The position numbers were made by a program, and so were the translations under genes. From NCBI GenBank assembly GCA_951406725.2, contig OX597828.1, positions 57,040,001 through 57,104,000 on the forward strand: a stretch of 64,000 nt of DNA. Direction: 5' to 3'. Source of the stretch: Octopus vulgaris (Eukaryota). This document shows positions 51,753 through 62,991 of the stretch, piece after piece (the first letter of the stretch is position 1; every line of letters begins with the position of its first letter). The notes beneath the pieces are model-generated. The model was not told where the DNA came from, made no database searches, and was given only the letters and a program-made list of their open reading frames with translations.

Positions 51753-52693
51753 ATTTATATACATTCATACATAGCTACATACATACACACACATACACAC
51801 GTACGTTGTCATTAAGATGCTGACTTTGTAACCAACTGGTATCGGGCTCAGTGTCGCTCCGTGATATTTTTGCTTCACGTAACCAATAGGATCGGATAAC
51901 CAAAGCCATGTAAATGAATTTGTTAGACGGAAACTGTGTGAAAGCCTATCGTTACGTGCTATGAATGCTCAGTCTGGTTTACCACTAAATGGTTTCAACA
52001 GTTTGTCTTACACCTAAACAGTTTTTCACGTATTGCACTACAAGTGAATGTTAGATGTTGAGACTGCCTATCAGAAGCTGCTACATGTGGTTTTTCATTG
52101 TGTAAGTAGATATACAGCTGTTTCTAGAATAGCCAATCATATGGATCATCATATTTAGAAAGGATTCCATAGTGTGAGTATTCTATCACCAGAGGAGTAG
52201 AAGACAGGGAGATGTCGAAAATGACGGAATATCCCAAGTCGAGGATATCACTGTATTTGAGTTTGACAAAAATGGGGGAAGGATCAGGATAAATTAAAAC
52301 TGCATTAGGTAAATCCATGATCATATGAGAAGTACAGTTATAGATAATGCCCAATAGGAGTTTCGAATAAGAATGTGAGATGATAATCCATGGCGAGATG
52401 ATAATCCATAGTGGAAGTTACCATTTCCTAATTTGAATAGAGAATGAATAAATATAAAATCAGAATATTATATTATAGTCAGGAGCGAAGACAGACAGGG
52501 GCGTGTAGTAAAATAGATATATACTACTTAGTATATTTCAAAGATGTTAGAGGTTGAATGTATACAGACAGATATTAGAAACTGTCAAATGATCATCAAT
52601 GTTGGTAAGAATTAGCAAAACTGTGACGGTGGACATGAGGGGACATTTAAAACTCATCTGGATATAGCGGTGTCATAATACTAAATATAAATA

Positions 52694-53028
52694 TAGGTGC
52701 AGGGGTGGCTGTGTGGTAACAGGCTTAACAACCACATGGTTCTTGGTTCGACCCAGCTGCGTGGAAACTTGGGCAAAATCCTTTAGTAGAAGGAAACAGA
52801 AATAAGCTCCTCGTATGTATTGTTATGTTTTCTCTTTGTGTTTTCATGTTTGGATTAACTTTATATACCGCACGCTCACCCGGACTCCGGCCTTCCAAAC
52901 CTTCCTTCTTTCCTTCCTGAACGTCCAATAATACTATATTTGTTCCACGTCCTCGCGTTGTTGTGTTTTCTCTTTGTGTTTTCATGTTTGGATTAACTAT
53001 ATATATATGTATATATATATATATTGGA

Positions 53029-53102
<74 letters not shown>

Positions 53103-53110
53103 ATGTATGA

Positions 53111-53143
<33 letters not shown>

Positions 53144-53417
53144 TGTATGTATGTATGTATGTATGTATGTATATGTTCATGTGTCTATTTGTCCCACTAC
53201 CATCGCTTGACAAGCAATAATTCCCCTCTTGATTTCCAACCCTCCTAGTTGTTGATTCTCTGCTGTCCCCTAACTATGTGGTTCGGCAAATGAGACCGAT
53301 AGAATAAGTACTAGGTTAACAAAAAATAAACCCAGTTGTTGATTTGTTCGACTGATGGCGGTGCTCCACCATGGCCGCAGTCAAATTACTTAAACAAATA
53401 AAAGAATAAAAGAATAA
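52694..53417 (+). mobile_element. tRNA-derived octopus SINE carrying a nested pLTR-like insert in its microsatellite region
   Basis: A box TGGCTGTGTGG (52706-52716), B box GGTTCGACCC (52745-52754); direct repeat 52820-52860 / 52958-52998; 3' half and (AATAAAAG)n tail. Confidence 0.8.
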
Positions 53418-53519
53418 ACCTTAAAATTTGAATCGAATAATTTGGGATGTTAATGAATGTGCATATTCATTAGGTACCGAGAGATGCAAAACAAAGATTT
53501 AAAACGATAAATCAAAGTT

Positions 53520-54974
53520 AAGTCAAAAGTAAATATTTATAAGTTAATAGATTAGGGGCATTCATTTATTCAGTTTAAAAGTATAGTGAAATTATTAGGC
53601 CATTTTTTTTAGATATTACACTTAACTTACACAATAATTCGTGCTTCCCATATCACAGACCATCAACCAATCTTTATTATGTGAGCCAATTCAGTAATCA
53701 TTCTTGGGCAATCACTAAGAACTTAGTTAAGAATATTTTCAACGGGAAGGCTGAATTTTATAACTCAGCCTTACTTAATCAGGCTACACAGAAAGTTACC
53801 TACATTAATTCTATTCAATCTAACTTTACTTTAGAGTTGGAGACATGAAATCTAGTTCTAACGGTTGGAGACATGAAATCTAGTTCTAACGATATGAACG
53901 ATTCCAATTTTAATTTATATGCCAACACCAAACAGGGGCAGTATTTTTTACAACGTAAGGGAGATAACCGTTATTTAAACTCCCTTTTCATTCTAAAGTT
54001 AAATCGATGTCTTTTAAAGATAGTTAAACTAAAAATAAGGCAACTGCTACCAAATCTATTTGGTTGATTATTCCTTATAGGAGAAAAATTAAATCTAATC
54101 TTCCTTTCCAATTTCGGGAAGCTATTATAAGGAATTTTCCTAAGAACTCTAGGCATTACGCGGTTACCAACTCCCACACGGTTAGGGTTGGTTTTACCAA
54201 CACAAAAAACTCTCACAAATTATCTCTTCACATAATATTAGTCTGTTACATAAGAATCCAATTACTAATACTAACATTAATTTAGTAAATACTAACCATC
54301 CACTTAGAAATATTAATAACGAGGTTATTGTCTCTGAAGTCAATTCCAGCAAAATTAACTTATGTCTAATAATTCTAAGATTAAAAACTCTATATACCAT
54401 TGTAAAATTACTTTAAGTCTTTTTATTTCATTCCCATATGATAAAGGCAAGGAATTCTGCCAACTCTGTAACAGTGAACTATTTTCTATTCTATTTTCTA
54501 AGAATCACCTTGTAAACACGTTTATAGAGCGTGCTTATCGATGTAAAGATTGGCAGAAACATACCTTTAGTAGTTCATATGAGTGACATCTACCATTATA
54601 TATAATTTGAACATTCATTTTCTTCCACTAGATATATCTTTTCTCAAGCCTTTAAGCTTTTATTCTAATTCACATATCTCTCTATATTGCTCCTTTATTA
54701 GCTTTCTGCTTATTTATTTCCTTTACCCCTTAACTTTCTATAGGCTACCTTTGATTTTATATCTTCAAACGGTTTTTTAAAAAACTTAATAGCGTTCCGT
54801 TCATCAGTTTACACATCCATCACATTCTGTTTAAATGATGAGTTTGGATTCTTTCTTTCTCTGATGAGAAGATTACATTGTTTAACGCCAGTTTGTTCCT
54901 TTGGAATAATACCAATGTTGTCTTCGAAACATATGTCGGAAGTAAAAGAATTTGAATAACACCTGCATTTAACT

Positions 54975-54976
<2 letters not shown>
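53520..54976 (+). mobile_element. Penelope-like element 3' portion (RT thumb, GIY-YIG C-terminus, hammerhead-bearing pLTR)
   Basis: FPYHRP...YYVSQFSNH, IKSNLPFQF..AI.RNFPK...NSHTVRVGFT, PYDKGKEFCQLCNSE...LVN...YRCK; hammerhead at 54844-54956; ends at (TA)n; 28-bp tandem duplication 53836-53891. Confidence 0.85.
54844..54956 (+). ncRNA. Type I hammerhead ribozyme with canonical core, at the 3' end of a Penelope-like element
   Basis: CUGAUGA (54861-54867); stem II GAAGAUUACAUUG / CAAUGUUGUCUUC; GAAA (54926-54929); minimal stem III C-AUAU-G; GUC cleavage triplet (54935-54937); stem I UUUCU/GGAAG, extendable with one mismatch and one bulge. Confidence 0.8.
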
Positions 54977-55009
<33 letters not shown>

Positions 55010-55132
55010 TGTATCTAAATTTATGCCCAATAGTTTGATACTTCAGTTTCATTTTTAATTTAGAATCATACAGAGAGACAGAGAGACAGACCGATAGATC
55101 GATAGATAGACAGATAGATGTTTGTATGTATG

Positions 55133-55163
<31 letters not shown>

Positions 55164-55625
55164 GTAGGTATGTATGTATGTATGTATGTACTTGAATGTC
55201 TTCACACCCCTACAATCGCCTGAAAGAGAGTTTGTCAAACACGAAGAAAAAATTCTCGCTTATGTAAAGGTCTAAACTGCAGCTAAATTTTCTTTGTACG
55301 TTAAAATACCCCTCAATATACCGAAAGCTTAATTATTTGCCATCATCGCTGCGCGTTGGTACTTACGTGTTGCGGGCTGCGAGCACAAGCCATTCCCTAT
55401 CATTGATGGATTCGTTATAAAACTGCAACTTTCCAATCGGTGTAGGTATGACTTTTTATAGTACCCCCTACATGTACTTAACTGTTCAAAGAGGGAACCA
55501 TGTAGCTGATAATTGTGTATTTATTCTTATAAAATAAACAAGAAATATTTCACCTCGGAAAACTGACTTGAAATTGCTCTTATAAGTTTAAGCATATGGC
55601 AAACGTATTTAAGTAATTTTTATTA

Positions 55626-55680
<55 letters not shown>

Positions 55681-55979
55681 TGAAGATGGGTATGTATGCG
55701 TGAGTGTGTGAGTGTATATGTAAACAAGCAGAAGTTCTGAAGTTCGCAACTGATACTCACCAAACTCGAAATATCCGTTACGTTCCATGGATGCGTTTAG
55801 ACGTTTAAAAGTTTTCACATAATGAATAATGTGGTCCCTGTGAGCAGAAAACCCCCTTTCCTGAAACAAATCTCTACGTTTACAGTCTTGGGTAGGTGGA
55901 GTTATCCCCCTTACAGATCTTGTTGGATTCTCTTTCTATCATCATCTCTGGTTATTTTCCTAATTAATAAAGATAACCT

Positions 55980-56270
55980 CTCTTTGATTTCGTTATTTAA
56001 TTGATATTTTTTTCCAATGGTTGTAATGGATCCTCTCGTGGAGGAGGGCATATCCTGCCCTTTCCGATACTCTTTTAACTTTATGTGAATCGACTGGTGT
56101 CATTATATTCAAGCCAGGTGGTATTAGATTTGTATCTCTACATCTACATATATTTATGTATAGAATTTTTATAGGAAACATACATCATTATGTTAACAAT
56201 GGATTCAGAACCATGTTGTGCAGACTGGTAATCGTGTCTGGAAATCCCCCATTTTACTGGAGATAGTAGA
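55980..56270 (-). mobile_element. Penelope-like ORF N-terminal remnant
   Basis: CRDTNLIPPGLNIMTPVDS..VKRV.ERAG.ALLHERI resembles the 'C....LIP.GL....P......A...LL.ERI' N-terminal motif of Penelope ORFs. Confidence 0.55.
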
Positions 56271-58239
56271 GAAGTATTAGCTTGGTATCCACAGAAATAC
56301 TTATCATCCCATTCCTTATGCATTCAATATTCATATCCTGACACCGCAAATGATCCGATGTTTGTTGCTTTATCTTGCCTCACCTTCAAGAACAATGAGA
56401 ATCTGGAACCTTTACTGGAACATTTAGGAGGATAATAGCTACCAGCCATGCAGAACCAGGCCAAAATATATGATCTAGTTCATGATGCAATACCTTCCAC
56501 TATATGATTAATATACTACAATCCTCACTGCACTTATGTCGCAGTGGTGTATCATCCAAACATCTGCTGTACAGTGAATCAGCTGCACAATTTTCAGTAC
56601 TATCTACGCTTAAGAAATACGCTTCTAACATATTCGTGATCACATTTGAAGCTCGTTAGGATAAGTTTATCATTCCTATATATCATAAAAAAGCAAGGTC
56701 ATTAGCGTGTAGGATATAACGTAATTCTAGCTCCAGTAGAGCTTCCAGGTCAATAAACACAGTTACGCGTTTCGCGTACAAAAGTCATTACTACGTGAAT
56801 ACACATCGTTATTTATTCAAACATGTATTACTTTTATTTGAAGCTTAAGTTTTGCTTCACCTCACGTAAACCACACACACATACACACAAACACACAGAC
56901 ATATGTATGAATGCTTTTTTGTATGAAACAATGTGCTTTCTATAGCGCATATAAAATTAACACTTATAAAATGTACGCGCTCGCAAATATTTATAAGAAA
57001 CATAAATATTCATAAGCTTACAATATACAAAATATATATATCAGAAGTCAAATGAAGTCAGAATATGTTTCAATATTTATTCTATGGACGAATTTTATGT
57101 AACATACATATAAATTATTTTTTTTAAATAATACTTTTATCAAATTTCGAATATTTAAATCAATTTTCTTTCGTTAAAATTATTTTTATTCGTATTCTAA
57201 TACATTAGTGTATACGCACTTTTTATAACGCCCCATTTTCGCATATATGCATTGGCCTAAAATAATGTATTGTAAAATACTTCCTTTTGAAAAAGAATCG
57301 AATATATATCCATAAAACATATTCCACAAACTCTGCCACGATAAAAGATGATGGCTAAAATTTGAACATTTTAATCAAATTGCTTATAGAACAATGTGCC
57401 TTTAGTGAGAAATATGCCCATCAACAAATCCTCTTGTCAACATCAAAGTACACGATAAACAAATTCCTATACTAACAAATACTTGACGTGCTCACCAAAT
57501 AACCTCTACTTTCGAAATACAAACGGGAAATAACTTGAATAACGTCAAAAAGTAAACAAAATCTCTGACCGGGCGAAGACACACCATATATTTACAATAT
57601 TTTATAAACCATTAAAAATTCCACTGCAGAAACGTGAGACAACCAATCGCTAGGTTTTCGAAAATTTGATCTTTATATTTACAAACTAAAGAATTAGATC
57701 AACAAGACCAAACAATACCCCCAAACTAATGGCATATCCACTGGCCAAAAGCTTTCATTTACTATCTACATCGTTTTTTGTGAACTACTAAGTAATTTAC
57801 AAGCCATAAACTTGAAGGTGAATGACCTAAACATACACAGAGCTTTACAATTGTCTGTATACATAAATGAATTCTAAACAATAATATAATCCCAAATTTT
57901 AAAAAATAAATCCACAACACGTATCCATCATAACCAACCCTACAACCAAAACACCATTCACCTGAGCATCACAAGCATCAGAAAATTTTATCTCAACAGA
58001 GATAAACTTCACGATTTGCCGGGCGTACCGATATTACTGGCAAAGACCTCGCCTTTATTTTATCTGATTAGCTTGAAGTTTTCATATAATGGTTTTATGA
58101 GTGAGCAAACTTAATTAGTTTCGATCATTTTTATTTCAGGTCGTGGGAGTCTTCTGTAAGTTCTTTATAGTCATATGTTAAAAATATTTTTAAAACCACA
58201 TCATTAACTGGTTGTTATATTATTGTTGTCATTTCCATT

Positions 58240-58520
58240 CAGAAGAGGTTTGAATGTTTTTAATAATGCGTTTTTCTTTTATCGTTTTTCCAAACTCACT
58301 TGCGTCATTTAGTTTGTGGAAAGGGAAAATTAGAAATATTTCCTATCTACATGTTTCTATATGTACGCTCAATGGAATTTGGCGAACATTAGCGTTCCTG
58401 ATTTGTTGTCTGTGGACTCTTAAGCGTTCCGATAATGCATTTCCTGTCTCGCCAATATATAGTTCATTGCAATTCAGCTATTTAATGCTGCATATAAAAT
58501 TTCTAGTTTTGCAGTTGTTA
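58240..58520 (-). mobile_element. Penelope-type GIY-YIG endonuclease remnant
   Basis: Minus strand CKTRNFICSIK*LNCNELYIGETGNALSERLRVHRQQI...HIETC...E..IIKTFKPLLN. Confidence 0.85.
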
Positions 58521-58526
58521 AAAGCC

Positions 58527-59198
58527 TTCTCCACTCGCACACACAATAGGTTCTTTATGCGGCACGCAGTAACTAATCACGTGTAGAGAAAGTGACTTGT
58601 TTTAAATCTCTCAGCGGAAGGTATACAATAACAGTATCGAATAGTAACGTTTACTTGCCTACAGAATGTAGCGATCACATACAGGGCGATGTTACTGTTG
58701 CTTGAGCCCCAGGCAAACATTTTTCCAACAGGTTATCCAGTCTGTATCCCTATAGTGTTTACAAGGGAGGACATCGCTCCCATCTCTAGCCTTAGGTGAT
58801 AACCACCGACCATGGTTTCTGGACGGTTAAGCGCCCTCAGTTTGAGAGAATTACTGGCTGTTGATAAAATCATTCTCCACTCGCAAACACTTTATATACT
58901 TTAAGCGACACTAATTTTTTCATCTCGTATCGAGAGAAATACTTTTTTTTAAAATATCTTAGCGAGAGGTATACAGTAAATTTGACAGAGTAGTGAAGTT
59001 TATTTGCCATCAGAATGTGGCGGTCCCAGACAGAACGACGTTACTCTTATTTAAGCTTCAGGAAATATCTTTTCCAGCTGGCTATCGACACATAGTGTGT
59101 GTCCGTATAATGTTGGCAAGATAGGTCATCGCTCCCGTATCCAGCCTTACATGATAGTCACAGTCCATGGTTTCTGACTGATTAGCCGTCCACGTTGA
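58527..59198. repeat. Two diverged head-to-tail copies of a ~330-bp unit (about 58527-58846 and 58873-59198)
   Basis: Shared ordered blocks TTCTCCACTCGCA.ACAC, AGGTATACA.TAA, CAGAATGT.GCG.TC, GTTACT.TT, CATCGCTCCC, AGCCTTA..TGATA, CCATGGTTTCTG. Confidence 0.75.
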
Positions 59199-60062
59199 AT
59201 ATACATATAGACATACTTACAGATGTACGTACAAGTATTTAAATCGTAATAAAGCTTTCATCTCCGTCAAGTATCTAAATGGATGTAATGAACCGCAACA
59301 TATACCATAAATCACTAATGTGATTTTACGAAATTATATGATTTTAGAAAACCGTGTGTTATCCGCATTATACTGAATAACGATACGTAACCAGAAAATA
59401 TAAAATAATTAACTACATCGATATTAATGAGTGCCCTCACAACGAAACCTGTTTATTGTCCGATTCAAATATCAACCCCCAGTTAACACCACGTATTGAG
59501 TATATCTTCATATGTACTCCTGCTTCATTTTCCCAAAACTTGTCTAGCATGTGTAACTGATCTGTTTTTGTGTCCGATGGCACCAGTAATGTGATAACGG
59601 ATCTGATTGGTGGATTTTTTATAATATAACTTTCTATTAGTATGTTGCGCAATAACTATATATCATGCTATGTAGTATTGTCTTTGACAGTTATATTGGT
59701 TTTTGTTATGCATGTCTTGGTTCGTTGACACCAACATATGCAATTTTATTTATGTAATTTACTCGAACAGTATATTGGGGGAGTGTTTTAAGTTAAGGTA
59801 TTCAGGTAACTTCGTCTAAATGTTTGTAAGATTTATATCACTATGATATATATTATATATCTCAGTTTCCAGCTGCAATTGTTTCTAAATTTCATTTAAA
59901 CCCTATTTTGATTCGTAAGTCTTTAAATTATATTTCTATAAATTTTGTTGAAAATGACGTGAAAATCGTATGTCCTTGGTTTGGTGATTTCTATTTGCTT
60001 ATATATATTTATACCTGATTAAACCGAGTTCAAAATTTATAGATACATACATACATGCATGC

Positions 60063-60133
<71 letters not shown>

Positions 60134-60266
60134 AAAATAGTAAAGTGTGAAAAAACGACAGAAGGCTTAAATGTTAAAAAATATATATATTTGTGTCAAA
60201 ATGTCTGGATAATATTGGAAAAATTTTTTTTCCTTTCCTTAAAATGACATAATTTTAAAATTTTTA

Positions 60267-60306
60267 AAGAAATTACCGGTTTCGCGTGTAGCTTTTCAAA
60301 TTTCTT
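60267..60306 (-). ncRNA. Minimal type I hammerhead ribozyme, U3:A8 variant, inverted copy
   Basis: Exact reverse complement of 60351-60390. Confidence 0.65.
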
Positions 60307-60350
60307 GTGACGTCACAAGAAATTTGACGTCACAAGAAATTTGACGTCAC

Positions 60351-60390
60351 AAGAAATTTGAAAAGCTACACGCGAAACCGGTAATTTCTT
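60351..60390 (+). ncRNA. Minimal type I hammerhead ribozyme, U3:A8 core variant
   Basis: AAGAAAU-UUGAAAA-GC(UACAC)GC-GAAA-C(CG)G-UA-AUUUCUU: perfect 7-bp stem I, 2-bp stem II, palindromic mini stem III, GUA triplet at 60381-60383. Confidence 0.65.
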
Positions 60391-61610
60391 TAAAAATTTT
60401 AAAATTATGTCATTTTAAGGAAAGGAAAAAAATTTTTTCCAATATTCTCCAGACATTTTGACACAAATATATATATTTTTTAACATTTAAGCCTTCTGTC
60501 GTTTTTTCACACTTTACTATTTTCTTATATATTCACCCACGTGCTTTACCAAACAAACTTTCTTATCTATATATATATATATATATATATGAACACAGGA
60601 AACAAAATATTGCGTTCTCCATTTTCGCTGTAGTCTGTATAACAATGTCATACAATTATCATTTAATGTGTACCAGTATAACAGCTTTTTGAATGAGATT
60701 TGCTATAAACAAAAGCAATAATATTTCAAATATATTTTAATTTACGACATATAATTCAAAATTTACAACAGCTTAGAATGAAAAGTTAATACGTAATATA
60801 AGGGAATTGCAAAAGTAACTATGAAAAATTTTATATGAAAATAAACGTTATCATTTCATAATGCGCAAGCACATTTATTTATTTTTCATTTATAGTGTGT
60901 ATACTATATATTTATTTTGGTTCAAATATCATGTACGAAAACATATACATTTTAAGTAACATATTTACTTTGTTAAATCGATCGATGCAACCAACATTAG
61001 CTCTATAGTTCTTGTCGGTTCTTGATTATACATTACAATAGAATGTTAGATACATGGGCATTTTAAGATGATCGTTTGATTTCTCCGTCCATAAACAACC
61101 ACTTAAACACAACCATATATATTCTATAGCATATATATTATATTATAGAATATATTCTATTATAATTGTTGCGACTAAATATTGTCATTAAAGCAAACAG
61201 TCAAGCATTTCACCTAAAATAGGATTTTTTAAAAACTTTTTACTCTTTTGTATTGGATGCAATATGCTTGAAAATATCATCTTACAATTGAATTGTTTTC
61301 AAATAAAGTGCAGTTCGTTTTCTTTTTCAACATATATATCTAGAAGTACATCATTGTTGCCATTTGTGGGACTGTTGAGTACGAATTGGCAGATTTTCAT
61401 TTCCATTTGCAGCTCTTAATTCTAGCAATCTCTTCATAGTTAACTTGGTAGTGCTATTGTGAGGCGCGTTTACACTTAGAATATAGTTGGTTAAAAGCCC
61501 TATAGTATTCTGAAACGTAGTGTTCGTAATTAGACGGGCAAAAGTTCAAACGCTTCCAGTTTATTTTAGATGATTGTATTTCGTATATTTGTAAAAACGT
61601 TAAGTATATA

Positions 61611-61799
61611 CTGTTGTGTCTGGGGAGAGTCATTTTCTTTTTGTGCGTTATAATGTAACACACTCACCGGTAAAAAAAAATAAGATAAAAAAATAAATAA
61701 AAATAAATTAATAAAACAAAGTAATAAGTACAAATTTTACCGGTGAGTGTGTTACATTATAAGGCACAAAAAGAAAATGACTCTCCCCTGACACAACAG
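61611..61799. repeat. 65-bp inverted repeat (63/65 identical) around a 59-bp A-rich spacer; probably an inverted retroelement end
   Basis: Arms 61611-61675 and 61735-61799. Confidence 0.85.
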
Positions 61800-62991
61800 A
61801 AATGCTCCAACACACGAAGTCATATAAAGAATCTTGCAAACCAAATCCCAAAACGAAATATAATAAGCTTTAATTAAGGATATATTTTTAAGTATTAAGA
61901 AATCATGTCGTGGAAGATGTGTAAATGCCGTTATGCATCAAATAGATAGCTATTGATATTATTGACAATACTTTAGTGGCAAGATATCTTTATTGAGTGT
62001 CTTAAAATGGTGTTCACTTTGTATAGACTCAAACAATCTCTAGGTGAAGAAACCGACTTGTCCTATATTAATATGCCATGTAAAACCAACACTATTAGAT
62101 TTTAAAAATTAAGCAGTGTATCACATCGATCTTTTTTTTATGACGTACGTGTTTTACCAGGACAAAAAGTAGAAGCCTTAAAGCAATAAATACTAAAACT
62201 CATTGTGAGACATCTATGGAGCACAAGTGATATGTTTGAATCCAAATAGTATCCCTGGTTTATTCCTGGCTTATACAACGACTGTGAAGAAGAAGATATT
62301 TTTACAGTACGTATAAATATAAATCCTACAACACTTTGCAACATATGGCTAATGCGGGCTTTATCGTAAATTATTTGCAACTTAAATGGCAGATTAATCG
62401 CAAATGTTCATAAGTTCGTTTGTGACAAAATATTTTTTTCATTTTAAAAATTAAATGAAAAATTTACACAGTAGTTAGCTGATAGTGAAATAAATTCAAT
62501 ACTTAATGGGTCTATATATATGTCCACAAATAAAATTACAAATAATAAAGTCTTTATCATAACCAAACACCTGAAATTTCTAGTACATCCCCAGGATAGA
62601 GTGTTTGATAGCAATCAAATGATAAACTGATGTATGTTCAGTTGGTTGAATTTTGGTTTGTTTTATATATAGTTTCAGTTGACTTCTGTTCAATTATTTC
62701 GTTTCCATTATTTTCTCTAATATGCTGAGACATGTTTTCAGGCAGTAGCTGTTCAGTTTTCTAGCATCTAAGAATATAATTTCAAATTATTTTTTAGAAG
62801 AGCGAAAACGAACGGACACTGACCTGTGGCATCGTTTAGATATATTCGACGATGTTAAAATTGTCAACCATTTTTATCCATAGAGTTGTTAATTCCGTCT
62901 CTATTTTTAATGCAAGTTTATATTTCAGGTTATCACGTGTAGTAAAGATGTAATAAAATATATTGGTATTCGTTTTAATGATTTGTTATTG

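Larger units (their letters stand above)
60125..60568. mobile_element. Palindromic (fold-back) element in (TA)n, probably an inverted Penelope pseudo-LTR pair
   Basis: Inverted arms 60125-60311 and 60346-60532 (187 bp, 2 mismatches, no indels); central 17-bp unit TGACGTCACAAGAAATT x3; unpaired 36-bp extension 60533-60568; (TA)n on both sides. Confidence 0.75.

Noticed and set aside
52700-52770. tRNA gene
   Set aside because: A and B boxes are present but no cloverleaf forms and the sequence continues into a SINE body; the same applies to 44120-44200 and 10250-10295.
54765-54807. Minus-strand CUGAUGA-ACGG...CCGU motif
   Set aside because: GAAA core and stems I/III are absent.
60308-60358. 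Short direct repeats as a CRISPR-like array (also 5583-5685 and 53836-53891)
   Set aside because: Contiguous tandem duplications without unique spacers, eukaryotic context, no cas genes.
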